A stretch of 64,000 nt of DNA, from NCBI RefSeq assembly GCF_009914755.1, contig NC_060927.1, one strand, 5' to 3'. How positions within the stretch are numbered: the first letter of the stretch is position 1; each line of letters begins with the position of its first letter. Made by a program: the position numbers and the translations under genes. The DNA is from the human T2T-CHM13v2.0 reference genome, Homo sapiens. The notes beneath the pieces were generated by a model. It did no database searches and was not told where the DNA came from. It worked only from the letters and a program-made list of their open reading frames with translations. This document shows positions 39,301-53,960 of this stretch, piece after piece.

Positions 39301-40195
39301 TGTATAAACCAAGAATCCTTAATTAATTAATCCTTAATTTAATTTTGTGAAGCAGAGGACCAGTGACGACAATTCCTTCTTGGTCAGGATGCTGTGCGGA
39401 TGCAGAATGAACAGCCCAGCTCTTACAGAACTCCACAGCACACAGCAGGCCCACAGTAATAGGGCGGTGGTTGTTATGTGTATATGTGGCTCAAAAACAG
39501 CTTGAAGTAGGCTAAAGAAAATAAAATCATTTCACTCCAACCCCCTCTGCTTTGTGGCTTCACTGATTTTAAGAATAAATACAACCTTTCCATTCTTGAG
39601 GGGCCCATGCTTTTAAAAATTGCCTAGCTCTTGTCTGATAGATAAGACCTACTCACTTCCAAATCTCAGCAGATTTGTTTTGAACAGCGAGCTCTTTAAG
39701 GTACTGGGATGTCTCGCACTATCCTTTGCTTCATAAGGAGCTCTCACAGTTTGATCTCTGGCCCTGTCCTTTTGAACCATTTCACTTGGTCTGGACCTCA
39801 GGTTAAAAGAAAAACTGGCTTTCCACAGAGAGTGAGGGTACCTTGTTGACATGGCTCTTCTACCTGGCCATAAGTTAGAGTTTTTTTTTTTCTTTTTCTT
39901 TCCTCCTGTGCAACACAAGGAACAGAGAAGTCATTTAAGCCATATGAATTCTTGCAGGTTCAAAAAGCAAGTTGCCAGCCTTAAAAACATGTCTCTGTTT
40001 CCTTTGGCTAATCTGCAAATCCAGTAATATTTTCAGATAAGAAGGTAAACAGAGGATGGAGGAGATTAAGGAGGCCTATCTTGGGCTAGTATCTTTATAG
40101 AGCGACCAGGAGAAACAATGTTACTGAAGCCTTTCCTTTTCAGGGAAAAGAATAGTAGCCAAGCCCATAATAGCCTCAAAACCTGGGAGGGTGAT

Positions 40196-40556
40196 TGTAT
40201 TAGTCTGTTCTCACATTGCTTTGAAGAAATACCCGAGACTGGGTAATTTATAAAGAAAAGAGGTTTAATTGTCTCACAGTTCCCCATGGCTAGGAGGCCT
40301 CAGGAAACTTACAATCAGGCAGAAGGCACATCTTTGCAAGGTGGCAGGAGAGACAATGAGAGCCAAGCAAAGGGGAAGGCTCTTTATAAAACCATCAGAT
40401 CTCTGAGAATTCACTCACTATCACGAGAACAGCATAGGAATAACCACCGTGCCATGATCCAATTACCTCCCACCAGGTCCCTCCCATGACACGTGGAGAT
40501 TATGGGAACTACAATTCAAGATGAGATTTGGGTGGGAACACAGTCAAACCATATCA
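40196..40556 (-). mobile_element. THE1 (THE1C/D-like) solo LTR
   Basis: GGCCTCAGGAAACTTACAATCA; TSD GTGAT at 40191-40195 and 40557-40561. Confidence 0.93.
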
Positions 40557-42849
40557 GTGATAGAGGGAGGTACTTCTCTCTGCACCTTCAAGACAAACAG
40601 GAACGCAGTGAATAGGGTGCCAGACATACTTGCACCAGATCTCAACCTCAAGGCTTAGAGACACGGAACAGTGTCAAAAAAGAAATTGGTAGTCTACAGT
40701 CAGAGCTCTAGGATGAAATGAGCTGCCTGGAGAGGGAGCAAGTTCCTCATTTAAAAAAAAATCCATTATCTTTCAGTAAGTCCTTATTTGCAAGGATACT
40801 GAGAAACAGTCTCAAGATGTTAGAACCAGATCAAAGGTTTTAACCTAGGGCTTGAATTTGGGGAGGTAAGGGGGATGAATTATCAGAAACTGAAGGTGAA
40901 AGTTTGCATAGATTGAATGAGGATTCACATCTTCTATAATATTCTCAAAGAAGTGTGTGTTCCTAAGAAAGACAGTGAATCAATAGTATAAACAATCCTT
41001 AAGGTTGCTTCGCCCACCAAATCCCAAGACCTGGAATCATTTATGTCTTTGAATTCAGGCTGAGGTAAGTAGATATTTTGTAGGCTTAATTTAAATATGT
41101 ACCTAACTAGAAAGTAGGCTCCACGAAGACAAGGATTTTTATGTTCCCTTCATTGCTCCATCACCAGGCTCTAGAACAGTGATTGACACATACTAGGTAC
41201 TTGGAAAACATTTGTTGTTGAGTGGATGAATTGACCCTAGCTGAAGCCTGCATTTCTCTTGCTTAGTGTGACCCACAGACAAATTATACCCCATATGGCT
41301 GGCAGTGGAGGTGGCTGGACCTTAGCAAACACTCATCTTTGGACTTTATCTGCACCAAGTCAAGGAGTATCCCACATAATGCTACTGACAACGACATCTG
41401 CAATCGATTGTCAGTGCCTGATTATTTCATCTAATGGAGCAACTCTGAAATGTCACCCTACCCCCTACAGCAAAACAACCCTTCCCAGTCTAGAAAGGAA
41501 GGTGTTAACTGTGGCCCTGGACACCGGATTTATAAAAGGCATCCGCTGTTCCTGACTTCCAACCCTCCCATGTTGTTGATATTGAAACCTAATTGTGTTG
41601 ATGTTGGTCTCCAAGGTAAACAAAGCTTTACAGGGGAAATGTTTGGACTTAGAGATTCCTGTTTGCTCCAAGTATGGATTAATGGCCAGAATAATGAACA
41701 TTTTCATTCATTTCCTTTTAAAGTGCTCCTGCTAATGTAGCTAAGTGGACAGCTCAAAACAGTTCCTATTGGCCAATTATCAAAAACAGTTTCTGGAATA
41801 CGACCAATGCTTCCCACACTTGTGGAATTTTCACTTAGAGAAAATCCCAAGACTTGTACCTTTATGAAGGCCCCAAGATCCTGAGGGTAGAGCAAGAAAA
41901 AAGGGGAAGTACAAGAAGGGAAAAGAGAGAGGAAAGAGAGGGATGGACATCAATTGCTGACGTGAGTGCTTATTACATGCCTGGTACAAAGTTAAGTTTT
42001 TCAAATATACGACCTCATTAAATCCTTTCGACAGCCCTAAATGAAATGTTTTCTTTTCCCTATTTTGTAGATAAGAAAACTAAGGCCCAGAGACAGTTCA
42101 AGGTCACACAATTGAAGTATGACCATGCTGGGATTTGATGCGAAAGCCTGTGCTCTTATCCACTAGGTTGCACTGCCTCTCAAATCTTGTTCCTCTCTCT
42201 CCTTACCATATGTAGTTTTCCCCATAGTGTGAGGATGGTTTCTGAATTCAATTGTGAGTCCTCTGGCCTGGAGAGAAGACATAATGCATATATGAAACAA
42301 GTAACTAATGGTGGTAGCAGATGGTAAAGGCTGGAGATGGAAGTAGAGGTTGGTGGGTAGACCAATGAACTTGGACCTTCTCTGGAGGGCAATGGGGGCC
42401 CAGGCAGGGTTGGAAGTAGGGGAGGAGCATGGCCAGGACTGTGTGTTAGAAACAGCATGCTGATGGTGGTGTGCAGCCCACATGGGGTCCTGAACAAGAC
42501 AGACACCACTGGGCTGAGGAAGTCGTCTAGCCCATGAGTGGCACTTGTGGAAGGACTGAGCCTGGCAAACCTCAGCCTCGTAACCCAGTCTGGGAAGCCA
42601 GCCTCTGTTGGGTTTGGCAAGGAGACATGTATGAGCTCAGCAGGAGGGAATGCAGAGTGTCACTGGTTTAGAGAGGAAAACGATCTGCTGAACCAAGACC
42701 ACAGCTGGGCCATCCTACAAAAGGGCTTGGCAATGTGTCCAGAGCTGCCTTTGTTTTCAAACACATGTAGTATCACATCCACACTGGAGGAAGCCTCAAC
42801 CTTGGCACTCAGGGGCTTACAGCTCTGAAAACAATTCCTAGGAATCTTG

Positions 42850-43090
42850 CTCCTCCAGGTGTGGTCCAGAGACCAACAGCATGAGCATCACCTGGGAGCT
42901 CATCAGAAATGCAGAATCTCAGGCTCCACCCAGAACCTGCATTTTAAAAAGTTTCCCAGGTAATTATTTTAAAATTGAGAATCACTGTCCCAACATAGTG
43001 AATCAGAATCTCTGGAGCTACATTTCTCAAATCTGCATAATTTCTAAGTTCACCAGATGAATTAGACACATACTAAAGTTTGGTCACCAG
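42850..43090. mobile_element. MER5A fragments
   Basis: GTGTGGTCC..GACCAACAGCATGAGCATCACCTGGGAGCT..AGAAATGCAGAATCTCAGGCTCCACCC. Confidence 0.75.
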
Positions 43091-43441
43091 GCCAGGAAAC
43101 CTTCGAAATGTCCTAAGAATGTCAACATTGCAGCATCTAAACTACGTTCTTCATAGGCCTCCCATACCCAGGAGTGTCACAAAAATTCCCTGTGAGCAGG
43201 CATGGGCAATATTATGATTTGACCTGCAATGTATCAACTTCTAAAAAAGGCATTGTAACAGCTTATACACAGAACAGGTGGTCAGCTAAGGAGCATAATA
43301 GAATGTGTTCTAATGAAACTCCACAACCTGCCACCCACTGAGCATGTCTCTCCATATCTGGAGGAGTTCAGAGCCTAAAACCCCACCACTGGCTTAAACT
43401 GTGCTTCTTTTTAAAAATTACAAGCTTTTTTTTTCTTGAAT

Positions 43442-43443
<2 letters not shown>

Positions 43444-43475
<32 letters not shown>
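43444..43475. repeat. (AC)16 microsatellite
   Basis: Direct reading. Confidence 0.97.
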
Positions 43476-43477
<2 letters not shown>

Positions 43478-43762
43478 ACACTCAGATTAAGTTTTTGATG
43501 ACTTTTCAGAGCCCGCTTTTCCTAGTGGCAATTTATTAGCAAGTATTTTCAGTCTACCTCCAAAGAATATCTTGGATGTTCCAGCTCTCCACACATCCAC
43601 TGCCACATCTTGTCTCATCTGCATGCCTGCAAGAACCTCCCAGCTGATCTCTCCACCTCTACTCCTGCCTTTTCTGGTCTCTACTCCACAAAGAGCTCCA
43701 AGTGCCCATTGGAAGACATAAATCAGACCATGTCATACCCCAGCCTGAGGCTAAGATCTGCC

Positions 43763-44238
43763 TGTATCAATGTCCTTCAGCTGCTTTAACAAATAATTAC
43801 CACAAACAGTTGATGGCTTAAAACAACAGAAACAACTTATCTCCTGTTTCTGAAGGCTGGAAGTCCAAAATCCACATCACTGGGCTAAAATGAACACGTC
43901 AGCACAACTGTGCTCCTGGCTCTAGGGGAGAATCCATTCTTTGCTACTTCCAACTTCTAGAAGTTGCCAGCATTCCTTGGCTTGTGGTTGTATCACTCCA
44001 ATCTCTGTCCCATGTTCACATTGCTTTGTCCTCTTCTGTCTGTGTTGACTCTCCCTCACCTCCCTTTTATAGGAACACCTGTGATTACATTCAGAGCCCA
44101 CCTGGATAATCTTCCCATCTCAAGATCCTTAACATAATCGCATCTGCAAAGTCTGGTTTTGTAATATCAGATAACATTTACACGTCCCAGGGATTAGGAT
44201 CTGGATACCTTTCGGAAACCATTATTTAGCCTGCCACG
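43763..44238 (-). mobile_element. MLT1C-like LTR inserted in L2
   Basis: GGCTTAAAACAACAGAAA; GCTCTAGGGGAGAATCC; CCAGCATTCCTTGGCTTGTGG; TSD (C/T)TGCC. Confidence 0.85.
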
Positions 44239-45118
44239 TTGCCTTTCCATTACACACAATAAAAACCTAAGTCTACTGTGGCCCATAATGTCCTACTGAT
44301 ATGGCCCTGACCCACCACTCAGGCCCCATTTTCTTCCACTTTTCTCCTCTCCCAGCCCACCCCGCCGGTCTACTTTCAGGTCTTCAAGTATGTTCCTACC
44401 CCCACAGCCTTTGTTTTTGCAGTTCCTTTTGCTTGGAATGTAATCTTGGCCTAATGTGCTGAGTGAATGAATAGCTTATTCCCACAAGCTCAGAAAAGAC
44501 AATGGCAAAACTAGAAGGAGCAGCACGGCTTGAGACTAACTTTGCCTGCTTTTCAATTTGACCTAGAGAGTTTTCTGGTTAAAGATGTTTTTACCCCCTC
44601 TTTTTTTCAATTACCAAATATCCCAAAATAGCCACAGTTCTTAGTTATCTGTGGGCTCTCTAGAAGGGAGTCACTTTAGACAATTGTAGCCATCTGAACT
44701 GGATACTAATGGAAATCATGTCACATGGAACCATCTCCAGGTTTCTTGTTCTTGTACAAACAAGGCAGTCTGAGAAAGTCCAATAGATTGGCATTCCAAT
44801 CTATTTTGACTTCCAGCAAGAATTTTGATGAGGCTGCTTCTTCTAGTGCTTGATGAATGCTCATTGTTGACTTTGGGCAATTTTACAAAAGCCACTGCTT
44901 CATCCTGCTCTGGAGACAGAAGGCCTGCCCATGGCTAAGTGGCCTTTACTTACCTCCTGACTCTGAGAGCAAAGCTATCATTAAATGGAATTTCTAATAG
45001 GTTATTATGATGAAAACATAAATATAAGGAGGTTCTTTTGCCCCATAAAGAAAGATGCTAACTTCTGTACAGTTATACAAATCAATATCAGCCACTATAT
45101 TATAGATAGTGGGTTATC

Positions 45119-45236
45119 TAGAGTGACCAATTCAACTCATTCTGGTTTGCCTGGGACTTTCTCTGTTAGGATTGTAAATCCTGCATCCCGGAGAAACCCC
45201 TTAGTCCCAGATAAACCAGGACAGCTCGTTGCCCTA
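45119..45236. mobile_element. MER81 (hAT-Blackjack MITE)
   Basis: TAGAGTGACCAA..CTGGTTTGCCTGGGACT / AGTCCCAGATAAACCAGGAC..GTTGCCCTA inverted termini. Confidence 0.75.
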
Positions 45237-45249
45237 GTAGTAGCTACCT

Positions 45250-45780
45250 GGCCCTATCACTTGGTGAACTCAGGGCAAAGGGTATAAGTGGAGACCCACA
45301 TAGCATAGGTCTAAATATGTAAGAGTTGTAAATCAAGTGAACACACTGTTGAATAAAAATATGTTCTCTCCTCCTACCATGACAAATGTTTTTGAAACAA
45401 TTTGGCAGTTAAGATTTGAATTCCAAGTTCTTGAACTTCTCTCTGGATCCTGGTCTGTCTCCACCTACTCTTCCCACTTCTAGGTCTGTTCCACACCTCC
45501 AGGCGTCTTGCTCACATATATGCCCAAACTCCATCTATATCCCATACACAGCCAGCTCTTGGTTATTGCTTGGGCCTGGGGTAAATTGTTATGAGGTTCA
45601 TCTTGGAAGCAAATAAACCCAGGAAAGAGGTGTGCTCTGCTCTGGAAGTGGGATTAAGACCCTTCAAAGACCCTGAGTGGGGACTAAGGTACTTAAAGCC
45701 CGGCCTAGAAGGAGTGGGTAGCCTAGATGAGGGCCAGAGTGTGGTCCTCAGGACTGGAGCCACTCTTGCCTGGGCATGAG
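45250..45780. mobile_element. MER115-like (hAT-Tip100)
   Basis: GTCTAAATATGTAAGAGTTGTAAATCAAG..ACTGTTGAATAAAAATATGTTCTCTCCTCCTACCATGACAAAT. Confidence 0.65.
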
Positions 45781-46526
45781 GGTGATGCTGGTAGTCATCA
45801 CTCGCTAGAGGCCCCTTGTAATTGGAAACCATGAAATAATTTCCAGTTTCCAAATAAACCACCAGGTCCTTCTAGGCAGAGGTTAGGGTTGTTCAATCTA
45901 GAGAAATAAAGTTGCACAAAATCTTACAGATGCCCTCAAACTACTCCTGGAAAGAACTAAGGTCCTCGCTAGAAGAAACAATTGTAGTGCAGTAGAGGAA
46001 AAAAAAAATCATGTAGCAAGAAGAAAAGCTGCTTAGAAAATGACTCTCATGCCTGGAGATTTATAAGAAAATTATCTGCCACAGAGGAGACCAAGAGCTT
46101 GACAAACTCATACTTCCAAGTTCATGTTAATGCTAAGATTTCTGTTTTCCTTCATGGGATTTACTTTGATGGATGATGCAGAGGGCAGTGGAAGTATCGG
46201 TAGGTTCAAAGGACTGCCTGCTCAAAACGACTTGTCTGCTTTTGCAACCTAATCATGCAAGTGTGGTGCATGCCAGGAACTCTATGTTAAGTAAATAACA
46301 GTACAGATGATAAGAGGTGGCGTGAAAAATCATGAAAGTAGAAAGTGATGGTGTCATAGTGCGAGATAAGCTGGGTTTAGATAATGCCTCTGCAATTTAC
46401 TACTGGTGGGGCTTAGGTGAGTTATTTTGCTTATGTGAGCCTTGGTTTGTTTCTAATCAAAATAGGGATCCAAAGAGTACCTACCACATAAAACTGGTAT
46501 GAAGATGGATTAAGATACAGCATGTA

Positions 46527-46818
<292 letters not shown>

Positions 46819-47004
46819 AAGATACAGCATGTAAAGAACTCAACCCAGTGCCTGTAGCCTGATAATTGTTCCAAAATATTTCTTACCTGTAGTAATAGAA
46901 GTGGTGGTGGTGGTAGTTGTAGTATGACACAAGTAGAGTAGTACTAATCATTTTCAGGAACAGGCAATAATTGTAGCAATATGAGGTGTAAGCAGATTAG
47001 TTGG

Positions 47005-47366
47005 TGATATGGTTTGGCTGTGTCCCCACCCAAATCTCATCTTAATTATAGCTCCCAAAATTCCCACATGTCTTGGGAGGACCTGGTGGGAAGTAACTGA
47101 ATCATGGGGGTGGGTCTTACCTATGCTGTTCTCTTGATAGTAAATAAGTCTCATGAGATCTGATGGTTTTATAAAGGTAAGTTCCCCTGCACATGCTCTC
47201 TTGCCTGCTGCCATGTAAGACATAACTTTGCTCCTCCCTTGCCTTCCACCATGACTGTGAGGCCTCCCCAGCCATGTGGAACTGTGAGTCCATTAAACCT
47301 CTTTCCTTTATAAATTACCCAGTCTCAGGCATATCTTTATTAGCAGCGTGAGAATGGACTAATACA
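47005..47366 (+). mobile_element. THE1 (THE1B-like) solo LTR
   Basis: TGATATGGTTTGGCTGTGTCCCCACCCAAATCTC...GGACTAATACA; TSD GTTGG at 47000-47004 and 47367-47371. Confidence 0.95.
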
Positions 47367-48419
47367 GTTGGATTCTGAGATTCATTTCTCTTGAGTCTGG
47401 ATGAGAAGGAGTCCACTTTAGTGATAATTGAGATATTGGGTAAAAGAGTCCTTTGGGGGAAGGAGAAGATATATGGATGAAGCCTGAAAAAAACTGTAAA
47501 ATGACCAAATGGAACTGGCAGGGAAACATGAATCATTCACACCTTCATTAGAATATGCAGCACTGTGTCAGCCATGCCTTGAGCATAGAGCCATCCTAAA
47601 CCATGTGGGGGACACCAAGAGAAGCTTCTGAGGATGCTCCCCAGCATACTCACAGTTATGAAGACTCCACCTGAGTCACTGCAGCAAGTCAGTGACATCT
47701 TAGATGATAGAAGATGGGTCACTTACTGGCAAGCCTGTATCAACACCCCCCCTTAGCAACTGTCCCTATCACTGGCCAAACTTAGGTACTACACGATCTG
47801 TAGATGAATCACTTCTAAATTAAGCATGAAGATTTCCAAATTAGTTCAAAATGATCTAACATCTAGACAGAAGGTACATAACGGAGGACGGGAACATAAG
47901 GAGTGGGAAAAAATAGAAGGTTATGTTCTTTGAGAAAACAATTTATTTTCTTTTGAAAGGCAGGACCTATTTTTGCAAAAAATGACTGACTCACTTTATT
48001 TTTTGGATCATTGTAAAGGAAAGAGAGTGTGTGTAATGCATTGCTTTACAACCAAATAAAGATGTCATGTGGACATTAAGCTTTCTAATTTGGTTTATAT
48101 TATTCCAGCTACAATCAAAATGCACACGTGAATCTAAGATTGATTCATTTCTGGGTTGGATTGCCTAACGTTCTTTCTACTGTTATAAGTAACTTCCCGA
48201 AAAATCTTTCTCATGCTTTCTGGGACTCAGGAGCATAGTTCACCCTAAGATGCCCTCTGACCTGGTCACCCCAATTCTTCCTCTTGTACCCAAGGGCTGT
48301 GAGCCTCACTGCAGGATTACTGGCTCTTTGGGAGTAAACTAGGAAGTTCCTGAGTTCTCGAAGCCTTTTGTCACAGCTTTTCCAGTTCCTAGGCATGTGA
48401 TGGGGGACAAGCATTCATG

Positions 48420-48655
48420 GTTATTACCAGGAGCTCAGAGAGACCAGAGTTCAACTCCCATCTCTGCCACCTGGCTCGGCATGACCACAGACAAGTTGCT
48501 TAATCACTTTGAGCTTCAGCTTCCTCATCTGTGAAATGGGAGTACTCAGAGGCCCTAACTCTAGGATTATTGGGAGGATTAAGTGTGACTATCTTTGTAA
48601 AGGGCTTGGCTCAGTGTCTACCCACATGGCAAGAGCTCCACAAATGTTAGCTCTT
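48420..48655 (+). mobile_element. MIR
   Basis: CTTCAGCTTCCTCATCTGTGAAATGGG..GGGAGGATTAAGTG. Confidence 0.8.
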
Positions 48656-49815
48656 ACTCTTTCTAATGGAGGAGTGTTTGGAGTTATTTATTTAGATGTC
48701 CTAGAAGTTAAGCCACTGGAATCTGATACTTTTGGTAATAGAGAACTATAAGCGCCAGCCAGACTCAATTTTTCTTGCCTCAAGGCCCATTCTTTTCCTG
48801 TCACAATGCTCCCATTCATTACCTTTTGTTGTAATTGTTTGTTTAACATCTGTCTTCCCCAAGAGAGTGAATCCTGTGTGTCTTTTTACATTGCTGCATG
48901 CCCAGCAGAACTCTTGATACAGAAAGAGATGTGCAATTGTTATTTGTTAAATGCCTGAAAGACTGCTCCACAGATTGAATAACTGAGTGATTCAATGAAA
49001 AAAAGAACAAACTAAATGATAGAAATTGGCCATTTATATTCAACTGGAGTATATAAAAGTAGTTTGCTAGCATGACAAGAGGTAGGACTACAGAATTGTA
49101 AATTTTACCTAGGAAATAGTAAGGTCTTTAGAGGAACACATAATAACTATTTCTGAATATATCGAAGAGTTTAATTCTGTGTTTGCTACCCATCAATGAT
49201 GGGATAGGGAGGAACACCCTACTGCAAAGCATTACTCACTTCACACTCACATGGCCCTCAAATTGTACATCCCTTCCACCCTCCGTCATAATCCAGGATC
49301 TGTTTGACAGCTTCTGACTTCAGTGTGACTATCCATGTCAGATGACGTCATTGCTAAACCATGTGTCTTGGGTTGTGAGAAAAGCTAGGAGAATCAACAG
49401 GAAGGCCCAAAACTTTTAAAGCTTAATTTCTGATAAGTAAGAATCTTTCCTGAAATCTCCCACCCACTCTTTTCTTCTGGGTGAGCTCATCCAGTCTTTC
49501 CAGAAAGACTGATCAGCAGCAAGGCATTGCTGGACTTTGTCAGGGGGATTTGGTGTCTTCATACCTTGTTCATCAGCCACGAACACACTCATCTTTCAGA
49601 AGCTTTGGAATTCTGCCCGTGGCTGTCTGGACATTCTGCTGCATTCCCAAGGGGCCTCTTGGGATGTGCATGGTTAGCCACAGAAAATCCAAATTATGTT
49701 TTTAAATTATTACCTGCCTTGTGTGAACAAACTAAAATGGCCATTGAGCAACATGCTGACTATCCTATTTTCCTCCTAAAAATCTGTGGTTGTGATAAGT
49801 GGAACAATTATTTAA

Positions 49816-50104
<289 letters not shown>

Positions 50105-52174
50105 GCCTGAGCAAAATCTTAAATGTCACTGGGAAGAGTTTCTCAGAGAACCAAACATGATAGCTAACTACCTGGCAATTGGCAAATAATTATACAGCTA
50201 CCAAGTATCAAACACCTTCTCCATGCCAGGCACTAGGCTGCACGCTGGTTATTTAATCTGTGTGCCAGGACTATGAGGTTGGTAGTATTGCCTCCATTTT
50301 ATAATAGGTGGATTGAGGATCATGGTAAGTAGCCAACCAGGGATTTGAACCAAATTTGTCTGACTCCAAAGCAGGAGCTTCTACCCCCTTACAGGTCATA
50401 CCAGCTTACTGAGATAGGAGGGGAGGGCCACTGCCCACAAAGTGGAATATAATGGTGGAATCAAACTTAAGCAGAGTACCATAGTGCCTAAAATACGGAG
50501 AGGAGAGGAGGAGAAGGCCTCTCATGCGCATGATCCTAGCTTTCTAATAGATTAGCTGTCATCATGTGGGAAAGGGAGAGCCCTTCAAATAGATTCCAGA
50601 GGCTGGAAAAGCACAGAAGGGTGACAGCCCCAGGAAAGCAGATGTCAGCCCAAGGTAAAGAAGAACGTTCTAACAATCAGAGCTGTCCAAAAGTCCTTGG
50701 AACTGGCTGGTTAAAAAAAAAAAAGGGGTGGGGGTGGGGGAAATGAGCTGCTTGCCATGGAAAGCATCCAAGCAGAGGGAAGCACACCCTGTTGGGATGC
50801 TACAAAGTTAGGGGATACGATACCTTTGAGGCTCTGTCCAGCTCCCAGCCCCTCTGTTTGCTTTGGGAAGATGCTTACTAATCCCCCTTGCCTGCACGCA
50901 GCTACTGCCTGTTGCAGATATGCATGTAAAAGAATCTTTGCAGAATCAGTCTGACATGACAGTTTCATCTCCCTGGTGATGAAGGAAGCAATATGGGGAA
51001 CTGTTATTATGAATTCTATTCATGACAAACAAGGAAGAACTGGGTGGACATTAAAAGGGAAGGGAATCTTGGGAGAGGCAGGAAACTATGGGTGTGGCTC
51101 TGTGCCAGGCAATGGGTGGGTGCTCTATGCACATCATCTCACTTCAGCTGGGTACCTCCCTCTTGATGCCGGGCTCATCATTTCCATTTCACAGCCAGAA
51201 CAGCCCGGGAGAGAAGTCAATTTGCCTGTGGCCACATAGCTAACGAGTGGTGGAGCTAGGGTTCGAACTGAGATATGCCTGACTTGGAAACCCTCACTCT
51301 TTCCTCAGAAGTATGCTGCCCAACCCAGCGAGGGGAAGGTGAGACAGGGCACTGAGAGGACAGTAGGCAGGACAGGTAAACTTTGATGGGCAGCAGATGA
51401 ATAATGAGGCTTCAGCACAGAGTGGGACACAAACGGCTAGGACACTGGGTCAGAGGGAGGGGCTCGGGCAGGTAATCTCATCATTGAGGAAGGACGTGAA
51501 ACTGGAAGAAAATGGATCAAGGCAGACATCCCCTTCTTCACAATTGATTCTAATTTTGGCCTTGAGCCCAAGCTACAGAAATTGATTCCAATCACAAATG
51601 ATGCAGGGTCACAGATAGGAGCTCAGACACAGGTAACATTCAGAAGCGTCTGCACCATTTTTTTTTTCTAGAAAATGACATGATTTCAACATCCCATGGG
51701 GCAATGTTACCAGGTAACATTATGTTTCCCAGAAGGCTTTGGAGAATTAAAATGCCAACATGGCAAACAGAATGGAAAATGTGATAATGGGAAAAATGCT
51801 AAGGCTTTAATTATACTGATTTTATCTCCTCTCTGTCTCTTAAAGTCTCCTGGAGAACACAGGTGCTATAAGACTTCCCTCCTCCGCTCACTAATTAGAG
51901 ATTCCCTGATGGGAACATGCCCAATTTTCCCTATTTACTGGTGGGTAGAAGGTTATTCTAAAATGGAATGTTATTCTAAATAGGCTACATAATTAGGTTA
52001 TTGAGGGTCACCTACAATTAGCCCACAGGTGTTAAGTGATGGGTAGGGAGGAGAGGAAGTGGTTTTTATCTCTATCACAGATCCTGTAGCATAGCACAGC
52101 TTGGCACACGGTAGACACCCAAGAAGTGGTCGCTGGTATTTTAGCTACGGTTTTTACTTTTTCTCAGTGTTAAC

Positions 52175-52385
52175 TTTGAAGTCTGACCCATGTGAGTTCA
52201 ATTTCGGGCTCTGCAACCAGCTATGTGACCTTGCAAAAACTACTTAACTTCCCCAGGGCTCAGTTTGCTCTTCTGTAAAATGAAGATAAGATCGCCTGAC
52301 TCAGGAGAGTGTCAGGAGGATTCAGTGAAATTTTGTGTGGATAGAGCCTGGCAACATCATGTTGGTGGTAGCTCAGAAATAGCAC
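52175..52385 (+). mobile_element. MIR
   Basis: CAGCTATGTGACCTTGCAAAAACTACTTAAC..CTCAGTTTGCTCTTCTGTAAAATG. Confidence 0.8.
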
Positions 52386-53541
52386 CTGGTACCAATTATC
52401 CTGAGCGTGTCCCTTGAAGCTGACAGTTCCCTCTTTGACAGGCCAATGTAAATCCACAAGACAGCCCCCTCCAAGCTACTTCACCCCTGCCACTACTCTC
52501 CCTTTCCCCCAAGAATCAAAGTGATTCTTAGACTAAGAACTTGGAACTGCAGTATTGCTCCTTAATCCTGTTCAACACACTTTCTCAGTGAGTCATAGTG
52601 ACACCTCATTCCCTGAGGGACACGTAGATAATGACAAGGACTTTGCTATATCCTGCTGCAAACTCTACGAAAGTCAGCAAATTACAGAGATTCGGCTCAG
52701 TAAGAGGGTCCCGCTCAGCAAATTGCTCTAGGTTCCCTACTATCGCCACTTACAACGAATCCCCAAAGAATCAAGAGGAGATTAATGCAACTGGTACCCC
52801 TGGTCCAGGAACCCTTTCCCCATGGAAGGGCCATCAGGGCTCAAACCATACTTTTGCAGGCAGCCCCAGATCCGCTCCTCACAGCAAGCCCTATTTTTTA
52901 GGGGCAATTTTTATTGATAATTATTTTAATGACAATATTTTTCTTGCATCTCCAACTTACAAGTCATTTTTATGTATAGGCATTCCTGAGCATAAGAAGT
53001 CTGATGGCCCAGGATTAGATTAGCTGAGGGAAAAGTACAAAACAGAAAGTGAAGGAAACCACTCACGAGAAGTGTTTGCCCACCTGTTGCCTCGTGGCCC
53101 AGTGATAGGCCCTGGTGCTATTTTCCATGACCCCATGAAAATACTGATGGTGGTGACTGTTGGCATCGCTTGTGTTCTTTGTATTTCTTTAATAAGGCAG
53201 TTCCCATACTTGAAGAGCCCGCATTTTTAAAGATGAGGAGACCCTGGCACAAGGGACTCAGTGCCTAAAGTCACTGTCAGTGGCTGAGGAAGAACTCAGC
53301 AGTCAGTCTCCTCATGACTCAAGAGCAGCCAACAGACCAGTCTAGAAGGCTGCTAAATTTTTATCTTGTCCTCCCAACACCTCTAATTGGCCTTCCTATT
53401 CTAATTCATTTCCAAGCCTCCAATTCTTTTAATTAATCCACATACTAATAGACAAAGATAATATAAAAGAAACATACCGGGCAGTCTATATCTGAGCAAG
53501 CCGGCTAAGGCTGCCCTAGGATCATCTCTCAAACTCACGGT

Positions 53542-53960
53542 TGTGTCAGCGTGGGTTAGTGTTCTGGCTGCAAATACTCAAAGGGGTAGCTGAAGGGTTT
53601 ATTTGTAAGGGAGAAAGCATGATTCAAGGACTCCCCACTGGTTCCCACAATAGCGGAAAGCAGGGACCACCCCTAGGCTGGAAGAGGCCAAGGGAGAGAG
53701 CAGTCACCAGACCAATGGGAGCTGTGGCTTTAGGTAGGGGGGATGCCACCCCCTCCAAAACCCTGCCCAGCCCAACAGGGAGGCAGTGGGAGAATAAATA
53801 CACCCACCCCTGATTTCCTACCAGGACCGCGGACTGGCTGAATCCAATGGGAAGACAGCAAACTCGTTCATGCGTGCAGTCCAAGGATGAACTTCCTGGG
53901 CACAGAGCTGGAGGAGGAGGGAAGAGAGTGAATCTGAGGGGCACATGGAAAACATCCACA
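53542..53960 (-). mobile_element. Old ERVL/MaLR-class LTR (subfamily uncertain)
   Basis: TGTGTC start, GGGTTTATTTG (reverse AATAAA), end GAATCTGAGGGGCACATGGAAAACATCCACA. Confidence 0.45.

Noticed and set aside
38150-40556. Full-length THE1 provirus
   Set aside because: Different TSDs and LTR subtypes; interior is not THE1-int.
44790-44835. CR1 RT-like YxDFxKAFD motif remnant
   Set aside because: Short and frameshifted; insufficient without an HMM search.
50522-50533. 12-bp palindrome TCATGCGCATGA
   Set aside because: Isolated; a few palindromes of this length are expected by chance in 64 kb.
52835-53114. Possible hAT-Tip100 element (CAGGGC...GCCCTG ends)
   Set aside because: Only 6-bp terminal match and an unconvincing TSD; family not recognised.
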